Shown here one piece after another: positions 18,038 to 28,639 of a stretch of DNA of 64,000 nt; positions within the stretch are counted from its first letter, which is position 1, and the number at the start of each line of letters is the position of its first letter. The stretch spans positions 180-64,179 of the forward strand of contig JBCCEK010000003.1 in NCBI GenBank assembly GCA_039030295.1, read 5' to 3'. The notes beneath the pieces were generated by a model. It ran no database searches. It was given only the letters and a program-made list of their open reading frames with translations, and was not told where the DNA came from. Source of the DNA: Myxococcota bacterium. GTDB taxonomy: Bacteria; Myxococcota_A; Polyangia; Polyangiales; Houyiibacteriaceae. A program made the translations under genes and the position numbers.

Positions 18038-20248
18038 CTACTCCTTCAGTTCTCTCAGATCGACGACGGCGACTGTGGTGTCCCAGAGCGAAGTGGCAAG
18101 CCGCTCCCCGTCGTCGGTGAAAGCCAAGGCCTGAATGACTTGCCCTACCTCGGACTCGGTGCGCGGCTCGCCACTGTGCGCATCCCAGAGGGTCAGTCTT
18201 CCTTTCTCGTCCCCGGTGGCGAGGGTCTCCCCGTCCGGCGATACCGCGATCGCACGAACCCAGTAGGACTCGAAATCGTCATGGTGCCAACGTGGTTGCC
18301 CGGTCTGAACGTCGAGCGCGGCGATTCCGGACTTCCCGCCGGCTTGGGTGCCGACGAACAACGCCGACCCATCGGGGGCAAACACCATGGTCCACATGCC
18401 TCGGTGCACGTCGGGATCGCGCACCGACGCTGTTCGAACGAGCGCGTCGCCGTCAACGCGGAAGATCTCGATCTCGGTCTGGTGCCCAGCGTCTTTGTCG
18501 TAGGTGCCTTCAGCGGCAGCGACGAGCTCACCATCGGGCGACATCGCGAGCCCGTTCCGCACGGGCTGGGACGTTGGAACTTCGGCGACCTTTCGCCATG
18601 GATCGGCGGCCCAAAGCTCGATCGTCGACCGGTGCTCTGCCGAGATCACGAACCGGGTACACGTGGCATTCCAAGCGGCGTAATCGTGCCGATCACTGGA
18701 GACTGGGATCCGTTCACCACTATCGAACAACAGAAGCGAGACCTGACCTTCGTCGTCGTTGACCAAGGCCTGCCCCATCGCTTGGCAGGGTGCAAAGAGC
18801 GACCCCGTCGAACCGAGGACGGTCGCCTCGCCAGTGCGAAGGTCCCATCGGAGGACCGGACCCGCGTCGCGGCGGACCACCAACCGGTCGCCATCGAGCG
18901 CGGCAAGGTTCATCGAGAGCTCGGGCGGGCGTTGGTCCCGTGTTGCGGGGCGCTTCTCCCCAAGCCTATCCTTCAAGTTCAGTCGATGGCGGCGGGAAGG
19001 GTACGGCATCCGCAAGATCCCACGCTGCGCGACGTCGAAGTTCGCGATGTAGAGATGCTCCTTTCCGGGGACGACAACCGCCGCATCGGTGAGCTCGGGG
19101 CCCTGATACATCGCGTAGTAGAGCGGCTCCGATCCGTCCTCACTCAGCCCGAGCACCCCGGTCTCCTTGGGGACGGGCAGGAGATCGAGCGGCAGTCGGA
19201 GCAGCAGTGGTTTGACCCACGGGTTCTTGTGCGCCCACGTCAAGAAGGCCGACCGCTTTCGAAACAAGCCCACCCAAATGCGGCCGTCCTCCCCCCGGTC
19301 CATGCCGTCGGGCATCCCGGGTAGAGATGTCCAGACCTCTTCGGCGTGCCCGGCGTTGGGACCGGCGAAGAAGAAGCGCGTGATCGCGAACCCGGGAGTT
19401 TGCGTGACGAGCACCGAGCTCTCGCGTTCCCCGTCCGGCGATGGGTCGACCAGGATTCCGTCGATGAAATGGAAGCCATCGGCGACCAGTCGGGTCTCGC
19501 CGGTGTCGAGGTCGTGACGCCAGAGCCGTCCGTTGTCCCCGAGCGTGATCGCTTCCCCTACGGCGCCCCCGCCCATCGAGGCGCCTTCGTATGCGATCGG
19601 TTCGGTGAAGTAGATCCGACGGCCGTCGTCGGTGATGTCGAGGTCGTTGCAGAACGCGAGGGGGCGGGAGTCTCCCGGACCGGATTCCGGACGCAGCGTG
19701 GGCGCGCCGAGGTCTTCGTCGGCGTACACGCGGCGCTTGGCCTCGGGGATCGGCGGGGTCGCGGCGACCTCGGTCACGACCGCGTCGACTTCGCGCGTCG
19801 CCAGGTTCAATCGATAGAGGCCGACCCGCTCGTCGGCTGCGTGCTCGACACCGTGAAGCCGAGAGGTGCAAAAGTAGATGAAGTTGGGGTCGTCGGGCGC
19901 TGTCCGGAGGCCCGAGGGCATCAGCGGCACATCGGCGAATCGTTCGGCCGGCCCGCCATCGAGCGGCACTCGCCAGATGAAGCCGTCCATTCCGGACACG
20001 AACGCCACCCCGTCGGTCTCGCGGACCAAGAGGTCGTCGTGACCCGGTACCGCCGAATCGATGCGTCTGATGGCGCGGCCGATCGACCCGGGCACGGCTT
20101 CGACTTCTCGGATGGCCTCCGGGGTCTCACCGAAGTCGATCGGCGGGCCCACGACGAGGTAGCCCGGCGGCGCACTCAGGAACCACCACGCAAGCGCGGC
20201 CAGGGAGCCGACGATCGCGACTGAGGCGACCACGCGTCCAACAGGCAT
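18038..20248 (-). CDS. Membrane-anchored strictosidine-synthase-like propeller fused to a WD40-like propeller
   Basis: N-terminal TM. The middle region (FCNDLDITDDGRRIYFTEP...LPGMPDGMDRGEDGRIWVGLF) resembles the strictosidine synthase/APMAP family. The C-terminal half has WD-like repeats (SPDGETLATGDEKGRLTLWD, FTDDGERLATSLWDTTVAVVDL). Confidence 0.6.
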   Translation of the reverse strand: MPVGRVVASVAIVGSLAALAWWFLSAPPGYLVVGPPIDFGETPEAIREVEAVPGSIGRAIRRIDSAVPGHDDLLVRETDGVAFVSGMDGFIWRVPLDGGPAERFADVPLMPSGLRTAPDDPNFIYFCTSRLHGVEHAADERVGLYRLNLATREVDAVVTEVAATPPIPEAKRRVYADEDLGAPTLRPESGPGDSRPLAFCNDLDITDDGRRIYFTEPIAYEGASMGGGAVGEAITLGDNGRLWRHDLDTGETRLVADGFHFIDGILVDPSPDGERESSVLVTQTPGFAITRFFFAGPNAGHAEEVWTSLPGMPDGMDRGEDGRIWVGLFRKRSAFLTWAHKNPWVKPLLLRLPLDLLPVPKETGVLGLSEDGSEPLYYAMYQGPELTDAAVVVPGKEHLYIANFDVAQRGILRMPYPSRRHRLNLKDRLGEKRPATRDQRPPELSMNLAALDGDRLVVRRDAGPVLRWDLRTGEATVLGSTGSLFAPCQAMGQALVNDDEGQVSLLLFDSGERIPVSSDRHDYAAWNATCTRFVISAEHRSTIELWAADPWRKVAEVPTSQPVRNGLAMSPDGELVAAAEGTYDKDAGHQTEIEIFRVDGDALVRTASVRDPDVHRGMWTMVFAPDGSALFVGTQAGGKSGIAALDVQTGQPRWHHDDFESYWVRAIAVSPDGETLATGDEKGRLTLWDAHSGEPRTESEVGQVIQALAFTDDGERLATSLWDTTVAVVDLRELKE

Positions 20249-20321
20249 GCCCTATTGGATCCGACCTCGCGCCCAAAGGCAAGCGCGGAGACTCGCCCGT
20301 CGGGCCCCATGCATTGGGGCG

Positions 20322-21146
20322 TCACTTCAGGTAGATCGCCCGGGCGTTGGCCGACAGGACTCGCTCCGCGGCTTCCGTCCCGAGCGCATCGCGCACCGTA
20401 GCCAGGTCTGCCTCGGTAAACGCACGGGGCGCCCGCGTCGACGGAAGGTCCGTGCCGAAGACCAAGGCGTCCGGATTGGCGGCGAACAAGGACTCGAGCG
20501 CGTCGGCCGGGTTGAAGTCGAGTCGTCCAAACCCGGTCGCCTTCACGAAGCCGCCGCGTTCTACCCAACGGAGGAGGTTCTCGAGACCCGAAGCTCGGAG
20601 CCCCAGGTGATCGACACCCATGCAAGGCACCGCGCGCAACAGGGGGAAGAACGGTTCGAGTTCGGTCGCATCGACGTAGAGCTCGGTATGCCACCCTGCG
20701 GCCTCGTAAACACGCCGCGCCAATGCATCCGCCGCGGCCGCCGGTGCGGATCCTCCTCGACGCACGTTGAGTCGAACGGCCCTGACACCGAGGTCGTGCA
20801 ACCTCGAAATCTCCGCTTCGGAGACATCCGCGGGAAGCTGGGTCACCCCCACGAAGCCTGGGCCCAGCGCTTGGAGCGCAGCTCCGAGGTACGTCTGGTC
20901 GAACGCTTGAAAGGAACCCGAAACGACCGCTCCCTCTGTGATGCCCAACCCCGTCGTCGCCGCGCGATAGTCGTCGACGTTGAATCGCGGCGGGAGGTAC
21001 CCGTCGTTCGGGACCAGGGGGAAGCGATCATCGATGATGTGAAAGTGGGCGTCGAACACGTCTTCTTCCGTTTGCCCCATCTCGAAGCGCACAGTGCCAC
21101 GGCTGTCCCCGTTGCGGAACCGGTCTTGCGTCACAACACGATCCAA
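20322..21146 (-). CDS. Amidohydrolase-2 family metal hydrolase (LigI-like)
   Basis: FDAHFHIID metal-binding start and TIM-barrel hydrolase pattern. Alternative start ATG 21080. Confidence 0.7.
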   Translation of the reverse strand: MDRVVTQDRFRNGDSRGTVRFEMGQTEEDVFDAHFHIIDDRFPLVPNDGYLPPRFNVDDYRAATTGLGITEGAVVSGSFQAFDQTYLGAALQALGPGFVGVTQLPADVSEAEISRLHDLGVRAVRLNVRRGGSAPAAAADALARRVYEAAGWHTELYVDATELEPFFPLLRAVPCMGVDHLGLRASGLENLLRWVERGGFVKATGFGRLDFNPADALESLFAANPDALVFGTDLPSTRAPRAFTEADLATVRDALGTEAAERVLSANARAIYLK

Positions 21147-21229
21147 GCGCTCGAACCGAGGAGTACGTCGACCACGAAACCGTCTTCGTCCACGTGACGT
21201 CGGGGTTGTCCCCGCGCTATGACGACTTC

Positions 21230-22024
21230 ATGGATACGTACACGCATGGTCATCACCGGTCCGTCGTGGCGCACCATGGATCAAGGACCGCCGAGGACAG
21301 CGCGGCTTTCCTGTTGCCCCATCTCAAACCCGGGATGCACCTCCTCGACGTGGGCTGTGGCCCTGGGTCGATCACGGCGGGGCTCGCGCGAAGGGTAGGG
21401 CCGGGCCGCGTCGTCGGCATCGACGTCGCGGATTCGATCCTCGAGACCGCGCGCGCTGCGGTCGCGGATCTTCTGCATGTCGAGATTCGTCCCGGGTCGG
21501 TCTATGACCTAGGTTTTGAAAACGCCTCGTTCGATGTGGTGTTTGCGCATCAGGTGCTCCAGCACCTCACCGACCCGGTCAAGGCCCTTCGAGAGATGGC
21601 ACGTGTCGCCGCGCCGGGCGGCCTGGTGGCCGTTCGCGATGTCGACTACGCGACGTTTGCGTGGCATCCCCCGCACCCGAAGCTCACCCGCTGGCTCGAA
21701 CTCTACCACGAGGTCACGTCGCACAACGACGCGCAGGCCGACGCGGGCAGATACCTGCTCTCTTGGTCGCTGGAGGCAGGCCTCGAGGACGTCACCGTCA
21801 GCACCTCGTCGTGGTCTTATGGAGACGCGGCCGGCCGCGCCTTCTGGGGCGATGGGTGGGTCGAGCGATCGACCAAGTCTGCGTTCGCCAGGCAGGCTCT
21901 CGAGTACGGGCTCAGCGAATCCGTCGAGCTTCAGGAGATCTCGGACGCTTGGGCGTGGTGGCGTGACCAGCCAGACGGTTATCTCGCGATGATGCACACC
22001 GAGGTCCTGGCCCGCGTGGCGTAA
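21230..22024 (+). CDS. Class I SAM-dependent methyltransferase
   Basis: LLDVGCGPGSIT SAM motif I, and VFAHQVLQHL. Start moved to ATG 21230. Confidence 0.8.
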   Translation: MDTYTHGHHRSVVAHHGSRTAEDSAAFLLPHLKPGMHLLDVGCGPGSITAGLARRVGPGRVVGIDVADSILETARAAVADLLHVEIRPGSVYDLGFENASFDVVFAHQVLQHLTDPVKALREMARVAAPGGLVAVRDVDYATFAWHPPHPKLTRWLELYHEVTSHNDAQADAGRYLLSWSLEAGLEDVTVSTSSWSYGDAAGRAFWGDGWVERSTKSAFARQALEYGLSESVELQEISDAWAWWRDQPDGYLAMMHTEVLARVA

Positions 22025-22077
22025 GCCCATGTCGTTCATTTGACTCCCGGCGGCCGTCCGTAGATCGTCCCGCTGAC

Positions 22078-22449
22078 GTGTTCGACGATCTTGTTCCCCA
22101 GCTGCCGCTCATCGCCGCCGGCGTGACCGTCGCGCTCGGCGCCCTCGGGCTTCTCAATCCAAGCGGGGCCCAGAAGCTCACCGGTGTTCGCGCGAGCGCC
22201 CGGGAGGGGATCTCCGAAATCCGTGCGACCTATGGGGGGTTCTTTCTCGCCCTCGGCGTCACCGCACTGATGCTCCGCGAGCCCCTGGTGTTCGCGACGC
22301 TTGGGTATGCCTGGTGCGGTGCGGCGGCGGGTCGGTTCTTGTCGCTCTTCATCGACAGCGTTTGGACTCCAAAGAACGTCGGCGGCGTGCTTTTCGAGGC
22401 CGCGATCGGCGCCGCCTTCCTCGGACCCCGCCTCGCCAGGTGGCTCTGA
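22078..22449 (+). CDS. Small membrane protein (DUF4345-like)
   Basis: 123 aa with four hydrophobic segments and a GTG start. Family assignment is from memory only. Confidence 0.45.
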   Translation: MFDDLVPQLPLIAAGVTVALGALGLLNPSGAQKLTGVRASAREGISEIRATYGGFFLALGVTALMLREPLVFATLGYAWCGAAAGRFLSLFIDSVWTPKNVGGVLFEAAIGAAFLGPRLARWL

Positions 22450-22458
22450 TCGCCGCGC

Positions 22459-23352
22459 TCAGCGCACCCCTTCCGGCGGCGAGTCCACCAGGTCCGCAAA
22501 ACTACCCCGCAGGTGGTCAACGAAGGCGCGGACGGCTCTTGGGAGTAGCCGCGGCGCGTACAGTGCAGTCAACGAAACCGCCGGCAGCTGCCAGTCCGGA
22601 CACGCCTCTGCCAAACGACCAGCCTCGAGGAGCGGTTGTGCAATCAGTGCGGGAAGCTCACCGACGGCGTTGCCCGCCGCGAGCATTCGAGCGATCAGAT
22701 CGTAATCGTTCGTGAGGAGCGTTTCGCGCGGCTGGAGTCGACGTGTGTCACCGAGCCTCTGCAGCTGCCAGGTTATCTTTCCAGACCGACTCCCCCAGAC
22801 GAGGGCTGGCGTGCTTTCGAGCGCTTCGAGCGTCTGGATTCGGGAGGCCAATGCGGGATGCGCGCAAACGATGTGGCGGTACGAGATAAGAGGACGAGCA
22901 ACAAGGTCCTCCTCGTCGAGCTCACCGACCCGAACGAGAACGTCCAGCTCTTCGAAGGAGTACGAGAGTCTCGATTCTGTCGCGATCAGTTGGATGCGTA
23001 CGTCAGGATGGGTCGATTGAAACGTCGACATGATAGGAGCAAACACCGAGGCAAGGTGTGGGGGCACCGTCGCGCGCACAACACCGACCACGGTGCCCTC
23101 CTGATCTCGAATGCGCCGCATGGCGCGGTCGATCTCCTCGACGCCGCGCTCGAGACCAAGGGCGAGCTCCCGCCCTGCGGCCGTGGTCCGCAGCGATCTA
23201 GTGGTTCGCTCGAATAGCGTGACGCCCAACTCGCGCTCGAGTCCTGCGAGACGGCGGCTCACGGTTCCGACGGACAGGTCGAGCCTCTCTGCGGCTCCCG
23301 TCAGAGAGCCCGCTCTCGCGATTGAAACCACAAGCCGAGCATCATCGACCAT
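22459..23352 (-). CDS. LysR family transcriptional regulator
   Basis: HTH ARAGSLTGAAERLDLSVGTVSRRLAGLE plus a LysR substrate-binding domain. Start moved to ATG 23352. Confidence 0.85.
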   Translation of the reverse strand: MVDDARLVVSIARAGSLTGAAERLDLSVGTVSRRLAGLERELGVTLFERTTRSLRTTAAGRELALGLERGVEEIDRAMRRIRDQEGTVVGVVRATVPPHLASVFAPIMSTFQSTHPDVRIQLIATESRLSYSFEELDVLVRVGELDEEDLVARPLISYRHIVCAHPALASRIQTLEALESTPALVWGSRSGKITWQLQRLGDTRRLQPRETLLTNDYDLIARMLAAGNAVGELPALIAQPLLEAGRLAEACPDWQLPAVSLTALYAPRLLPRAVRAFVDHLRGSFADLVDSPPEGVR

Positions 23353-23391
23353 TGTTGCATCAGAGCAAAAGTGTTTACGATTTACAACAAT
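23351..23391. promoter_or_regulatory. AT-rich divergent promoter with inverted repeats (candidate LysR site)
   Basis: ATTGTTG (23351-23357) / CAACAAT (23385-23391), with a nested TTGC-N6-GCAA (23355-23368). Located between the LysR gene and the divergent lipoprotein gene. Confidence 0.3.
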
Positions 23392-23442
23392 TTTCATCAC
23401 GAAAGAAACAATCTAAGGTCAGCTCTTGCAAGGAGGACTGAT

Positions 23443-23988
23443 ATGAACCCAATGCTTCATCCGAGGGGTCTTTCATCGCTCGCGGCCTGCTGGTCCCTAA
23501 CGCTCCTCGCGGGTTGCGGAGCGAGTCCGAGCGCCGGCGACACGCTGAGCACCGCCGCCGCCAGTCTTGCTGTCTCCGAGGTCCGCGAGGCGCTGCGTGA
23601 CTACGAGCGAGCGCTCAACCAAAGCGACGTCGACGCCATCATGCGCCTCTACGCCGACGACGCAGTGTTCATGGCGCAGCACAGGGAGCCGGCTGTCGGG
23701 GCTGAAGCGATCCGCGGTGCGTACGAAGCCGTGTTCGCGGAGATCGATCTGAACGTGGCGTTCGAAATCGACGAGGTGTCTATGTTGTCGCCGACGATCG
23801 CTCTGGCACGGACGCGCAGTACGGGTACGACCCGGGTTCTCCTTGCTGACGCTGAGGTCGAAGAAGGGAATCAAGAGTTGTTCGTGTGGGTACGCGACAG
23901 TGTGGATGGGCCTTGGAGGATCGGTCGATACATATTCTCGACCACGATGCCTCGTACACTAGGCTCGCCGGAGTCGACCTCGCGGTAG
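23443..23988 (+). CDS. SnoaL/DUF4440-like (NTF2 fold) lipoprotein
   Basis: Lipobox LLAGC. DVDAIMRLYADDAVFMAQH...WRIGRYIFS is typical of DUF4440/ketosteroid-isomerase-like folds. Confidence 0.6.
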   Translation: MNPMLHPRGLSSLAACWSLTLLAGCGASPSAGDTLSTAAASLAVSEVREALRDYERALNQSDVDAIMRLYADDAVFMAQHREPAVGAEAIRGAYEAVFAEIDLNVAFEIDEVSMLSPTIALARTRSTGTTRVLLADAEVEEGNQELFVWVRDSVDGPWRIGRYIFSTTMPRTLGSPESTSR

Positions 23989-24063
23989 GCTGGGAACGCC
24001 GCCGCGGATCCTGGTCTGCGAAGCGCGTCGACCCACGTATGATGAGAAACTCGAGGAGTGCCG

Positions 24064-25035
24064 ATGAAAGCATGGATTCTGCCCACCACCGGGGGACCCG
24101 AGGCGTTCGAGCTGATCGACATGCCTCGGCCCAAACCCGAGCCGGGACGCGTCTTGATTCGCGTCCACGCGTTTGGCCTGAATCGCTCGGAGTGGTTCAC
24201 CCGCATCGGTGACTCACCGACCGTCGAGCTCCCTCGCGTGCTTGGCATCGAATGCGCAGGCACCGTCGAAGCATCGCCGGGCGGCGAATTCGAGCCTGGT
24301 CAGAAGGTCTTCGCCATGATGGGTGGCATGGGCCGTGAGTATGATGGGTCGTATGCGGAGTACACGTCGGTGCCCGTTTCGAGCGTATTTGCGATCGACT
24401 CGTCGCTCGAGTGGGACGTTCTCGGAGCGCTTCCGGAGATGCTGCAGACGACGCACGGGTCCCTCAGAACCGGGCTTGGGGTGAAGTCAGGTGGCGGGAC
24501 GATCCTCGTCCGCGGCGGGACGTCGTCGATCGGCTTGATGACCGCTGTCCTCGCGAAGAACATGGGCCTCCGGGTCGCGACAACCACACGCAACCCAGCG
24601 AAACGCGACGCGCTCCTCGCTTCTTCGGCCGACGAAGTCTTCGTGGACGAAGGCACGATTGCGGAGGCTGTCCGCCAGGCTCACCCCGAAGGTGTCGACT
24701 ACGTTCTCGAGCTCATCGGGACCACCACGCTTCTCGATTCGCTCCAATGTGCAGCCGTCGGTGGCGTCGTCTGCATGACCGGCATCCTTGGTGGTCGTTG
24801 GGAGATCGATCGGTTTCGTCCAATGGAGCACATTCCCATGGGCGTCCGTCTCAGCGCATACGGAGGAGGGGCAGAAGACATCACGCGCGAAGACCTCCAA
24901 AGATACGTGGGCTTGGTGGAATCAGGCGACCTCGAGGTCCAGCGAGGCCCGGTCTGGGAATTCACGCAGCTGGTCGAAGCTCACCAGGCGATGGACGAGA
25001 ACCGCGCCAACGGCAAGATGGTCGTCGTGGTGTAG
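24064..25035 (+). CDS. Zinc-type alcohol dehydrogenase/quinone oxidoreductase (MDR)
   Basis: MKAWIL...GRVLIRVHAFGLNRSE, the nucleotide motif GGTSSIGL, and the C-terminal GKMVVVV. Confidence 0.8.
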   Translation: MKAWILPTTGGPEAFELIDMPRPKPEPGRVLIRVHAFGLNRSEWFTRIGDSPTVELPRVLGIECAGTVEASPGGEFEPGQKVFAMMGGMGREYDGSYAEYTSVPVSSVFAIDSSLEWDVLGALPEMLQTTHGSLRTGLGVKSGGGTILVRGGTSSIGLMTAVLAKNMGLRVATTTRNPAKRDALLASSADEVFVDEGTIAEAVRQAHPEGVDYVLELIGTTTLLDSLQCAAVGGVVCMTGILGGRWEIDRFRPMEHIPMGVRLSAYGGGAEDITREDLQRYVGLVESGDLEVQRGPVWEFTQLVEAHQAMDENRANGKMVVVV

Positions 25036-25115
25036 CGTTGGGTTCTTTTCGGCTCGCGGATGCGTCGTTGCAGGATGTGTTGACCCTGCATCTGTGACAG
25101 TATCGCGCGACCATC

Positions 25116-26342
25116 ATGGATTTTACGTACAGCGACAAAACGCAGGCCCTGATCGATCGCGTTCAGGAGTTCATGGACACCCACATCTACCCGAACGAGG
25201 CCGCGTTCTACGCCGAACACGATGCCCTTCCGGACCGTTGGGACACGCCACCCATGATCGAGGAGCTCAAGGCGAAAGCCAAAGAGGCGGGGCTGTGGAA
25301 TCTCTTTCTGCCTGAGAGCGAACTCGGGGCTGGGCTGACGAACCTCGAGTACGCTCCCCTGTGCGAGATCATGGGCCGCGTTCTTTTTGCGCCCGAGGTC
25401 TTCAACTGTGCGGCGCCCGATACGGGGAACATGGAGGTCCTCGAACGCTACGGCACTGACGCCCAGAAGCAGCAGTGGCTCGAGCCGCTCCTCGCGGGAA
25501 CGATCCGTTCGGCCTTCGCGATGACTGAACCCGGCGTCGCTTCATCGGACGCGACGAACATCTGCACCGAGATTCGTCGAGATGGCGACGAGTACATCAT
25601 CAACGGACGTAAGTGGTGGACATCGGGGATCATGGATAAGCGCTGCACCATCATGATCGTGATGGGCAAGACGGACACGAGCGCGTCCACGCACCTTCAG
25701 CAGAGCATGATCCTCGTGCCACGTGACGCGAGAGGGGTCACGGTCGAGCGCTACCTCCCCGTGTACGGGTTCGACGACGCGCCCCATGGGCATGGCGAAG
25801 TCCTGTTCGACGACGTTCGCGTGCCGGTCGGCAACATGCTGCTCGGGGAGGGGCGAGGCTTCGAGATCGCGCAGGGAAGGCTTGGACCGGGTCGCATTCA
25901 CCACTGCATGCGCCTCATCGGAGTCGCCGAACGCGCCCTCGAACGGATGTGCGCCCGGTTGATGAGTCGAGAGGCCTTCGGAAAGAAGATCTACGAGCAC
26001 TCGGTCTGGGAAGAGCGCGTCGCCGATGCACGCATCGACATCGAATGCGCCCGGCTGCTGACGTTGAAGGCCGCGGACATGATGGACAAAGTCGGCAACA
26101 AGGCCGCGAAAGCCGAGATTGCGATGATCAAGGTGAAAGCCCCGATCATGGCGCTCAAGGTGCTCGACGAAGCCGTCCAGGCCCACGGAGGTGGTGGCGT
26201 GACGACCGACTTTGGGTTGGCAAGGGACTGGGCGAACAGTCGAACCTTGCGACTCGCAGACGGGCCCGACGAGGTGCACCGACGCACCGTGGCCCGGATC
26301 GAGTTCAAGAAGCAGGCGATGCGGGCCGAAGGGCGGAGTTGA
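25116..26342 (+). CDS. Acyl-CoA dehydrogenase
   Basis: 408 aa. [24 protein letters not shown], and a catalytic-base region near the C-terminus. Classical ACAD architecture. Confidence 0.9.
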   Translation: MDFTYSDKTQALIDRVQEFMDTHIYPNEAAFYAEHDALPDRWDTPPMIEELKAKAKEAGLWNLFLPESELGAGLTNLEYAPLCEIMGRVLFAPEVFNCAAPDTGNMEVLERYGTDAQKQQWLEPLLAGTIRSAFAMTEPGVASSDATNICTEIRRDGDEYIINGRKWWTSGIMDKRCTIMIVMGKTDTSASTHLQQSMILVPRDARGVTVERYLPVYGFDDAPHGHGEVLFDDVRVPVGNMLLGEGRGFEIAQGRLGPGRIHHCMRLIGVAERALERMCARLMSREAFGKKIYEHSVWEERVADARIDIECARLLTLKAADMMDKVGNKAAKAEIAMIKVKAPIMALKVLDEAVQAHGGGGVTTDFGLARDWANSRTLRLADGPDEVHRRTVARIEFKKQAMRAEGRS

Positions 26343-27130
26343 TGCCTGGAAAGCTTCAAGGGAAGCGGGCGATCGTCACCGGCGCGGCGAGTGGGATCGG
26401 ACGTGCGTCGGTTCGAAGATTCGCCGTGGAAGGAGCCGTCGTCGCCGCGGTCGACATCAACGGGGAGGGGCTGGCTGAAACGGCCACTCTCGTCGAGGCC
26501 GACGGAGGTCGTTGTGCGACTCACGAAGCCAGCGCATCCGACGAAGCGGCGATGGGTCAGATCTTCGATCGGTTTGCAAGCGAGCATGGTGGGCTCGATG
26601 TGATGTTCGCGAACGCCGGCATCATCGGGCAGCTGGTTCGGTTTCCCGAGGTGACGGTCGAGGACTTTCGCCGCGTGCTCGACGTCAACCTCATCGGACC
26701 GTTCATCGCGATCCAGGGCGCGGCGCGCCTGATGAAAGAAGGTGGGTCGATCCTGTGCACCGCTTCTGTGGCGGGCCTTCGCTCGGGTGCAGGACCGACG
26801 CCGTACAGTGCGAGCAAAGCGGGGGTCATCAATCTTGTGCAGACGGCCGCCAACCAACTGAGCGGCGCGGGCATCCGGGTGAACGCGATCTGCCCCGGAC
26901 TGATCGAAACCGGGATGACGAAGATCTTGTTCGACGGTGCGCGAGCGGCCGGCAAGGCCGACAAGATCGGTCAGCTCAATCCTCAACGCCGTGCAGGCGA
27001 GTCCGAGGAGATCGCGTCGGCGGCTCTCTTTCTCGCGAGCGACGACAGCAGCTACGTCAACGGCCAGGCGCTCATGGTCGATGGAGGCCTGTCGAGCACC
27101 CACCCGTTCGTGCCCGGTCAGCTCTTCTAG
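26342..27130 (+). CDS. Classical SDR oxidoreductase
   Basis: [21 protein letters not shown]. The ATG overlaps the upstream TGA (ATGA at 26340-26344). Confidence 0.85.
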   Translation: MPGKLQGKRAIVTGAASGIGRASVRRFAVEGAVVAAVDINGEGLAETATLVEADGGRCATHEASASDEAAMGQIFDRFASEHGGLDVMFANAGIIGQLVRFPEVTVEDFRRVLDVNLIGPFIAIQGAARLMKEGGSILCTASVAGLRSGAGPTPYSASKAGVINLVQTAANQLSGAGIRVNAICPGLIETGMTKILFDGARAAGKADKIGQLNPQRRAGESEEIASAALFLASDDSSYVNGQALMVDGGLSSTHPFVPGQLF

Positions 27131-27187
27131 GCCAAGCCGCTCGAAAAACCACACGATCTCGAGGTCGTCTCGGGTTAGGCTCGCCCC

Positions 27188-28639
27188 GTGGAGCGTGACA
27201 CCCCCAGCTGGATCGACCATCTCGACAACCCATACCTGCGCGGCCTTTACGCGCCGACGGTTCACGAATCGGAGGCATTCGAGCTTCCCGTCGAGGGCGA
27301 GCTCCCTCGGGACCTCTACGGTGCCTATGTCCGAAACGGCCCCAACGCAGTCCTCGAACCGCCCAACGACTATCACTGGTTCGATGGCGACGGCATGGTG
27401 CACGCCGTGTACTTTCAAAATGGCGTCGCCTCGTATCGGAGCCGCCAGGTCCCAACCGCAGCGCTTGCGGAGGACCTCGCCACAAAGAAGGCGACCTGGC
27501 CGGGGGTGATGGGGCCACTCTCTTCGGCCCACGGCTTCGTGCCGAAGGACACGGCCAACACGGACGTGATCTGGCATCACGGAAAGTTGCTCGCGCTCTG
27601 GTACTTGTGCGGAGAGCCCTACGCGCTCGATCCGACGACCCTCTCTCCGACGGGAGTCGACACGTTTGCCGATACGCGGACCACCACCGTGTCCGCGCAC
27701 CCCAAGGTCGATCCAAGGACGGGGGAACTGATCTGGTTCACCCTGTCCGACTTCGAACCGCCCTACATGACCTACGGGGTGTGCGCCCCTGACGGAAGGG
27801 TCACCCATCAAGTGCCGATCGACCTTCCCGGGGCCCGTGCCCCCCACGACATCACCATCACCGAGCGATACTCGATTCTCCACGATTTCCCGTTCTTTCA
27901 CGACCCCGATGTGGTGCGTCGCCATGGGTACCGGGTCGTGCGCTTTCATCGCGACCTTCCCACGAGGTTCGGGGTCCTTCCTCGCCATGGGGAGACGCAT
28001 GATGTGCGATGGTTCGAGTTCGAGCCTGGCTACGTGCTGCACATGGTCAATGCGTGGGAAGAGGGGGACTGGATCATCATGGACGGCTGTTTCGAGCCCG
28101 ACCCGACGATCGTCCGTCGACCGGGTGATGGGGATTTGGCATCGATGCTGGGGAACCTTCGCGTGCGAGCGCACATGCACCGTTGGCGCATGAACATGGT
28201 TTCCGGCGCCTGCCATGAGGAGCCGCTTGACGACTTGAACGTCGAGTTCCCGCTTCCCGACACCGAACGATACGGTCAGAAGACCCGTTACTCCTATGTG
28301 CAGTACCTCCCCGAAGACATGTACACGGCGGAGTTCCGTGCACTCGTGAAGTACGATCACGACGACGGCTCGTGCACGCGCTACGACTATCCTGACGGTT
28401 GGTACGGAAGCGAGGCGCCGTTTGCCGGGCGACGAGGTGCGGCATCCGAGGACGACGGGTACGTCGTGACGATCATGACCCACCTCGACGGGCATTCCCA
28501 AGCATGGGTGTTCCAGGCGACCGAAATCGAGCGCGGTCCGATCGCCCGGGTAGGGCTTCCAACGCGTGTCCCCGCTGGGTTCCACGCCAAGTGGATTCCA
28601 GGCGAGCGGCTCTGGGACCAGGAAGAAATCAGTCGATGA
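27188..28639 (+). CDS. Carotenoid cleavage oxygenase family (CCD/RPE65/lignostilbene dioxygenase-like)
   Basis: NPYLRGLYAPTVHE...NGPN...HWFDGDGMVHAV...TANTDVIWHHGKLLALW...HPKVDP.TGE are family hallmarks. GTG start. Confidence 0.85.
   Translation: MERDTPSWIDHLDNPYLRGLYAPTVHESEAFELPVEGELPRDLYGAYVRNGPNAVLEPPNDYHWFDGDGMVHAVYFQNGVASYRSRQVPTAALAEDLATKKATWPGVMGPLSSAHGFVPKDTANTDVIWHHGKLLALWYLCGEPYALDPTTLSPTGVDTFADTRTTTVSAHPKVDPRTGELIWFTLSDFEPPYMTYGVCAPDGRVTHQVPIDLPGARAPHDITITERYSILHDFPFFHDPDVVRRHGYRVVRFHRDLPTRFGVLPRHGETHDVRWFEFEPGYVLHMVNAWEEGDWIIMDGCFEPDPTIVRRPGDGDLASMLGNLRVRAHMHRWRMNMVSGACHEEPLDDLNVEFPLPDTERYGQKTRYSYVQYLPEDMYTAEFRALVKYDHDDGSCTRYDYPDGWYGSEAPFAGRRGAASEDDGYVVTIMTHLDGHSQAWVFQATEIERGPIARVGLPTRVPAGFHAKWIPGERLWDQEEISR

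Noticed and set aside
18032-19324. 430-aa plus-strand ORF inside the SSL-WD40 gene
   Set aside because: It has no motifs and overlaps a minus-strand ORF that has repeat structure and an N-terminal TM. Judged a GC-bias artefact.
25991-28585. 864-aa ORF antisense across four genes (ACAD, SDR, CCD)
   Set aside because: It spans several well-supported plus-strand genes and has an extreme Arg/Asp/His/Gly composition with no domain signature.
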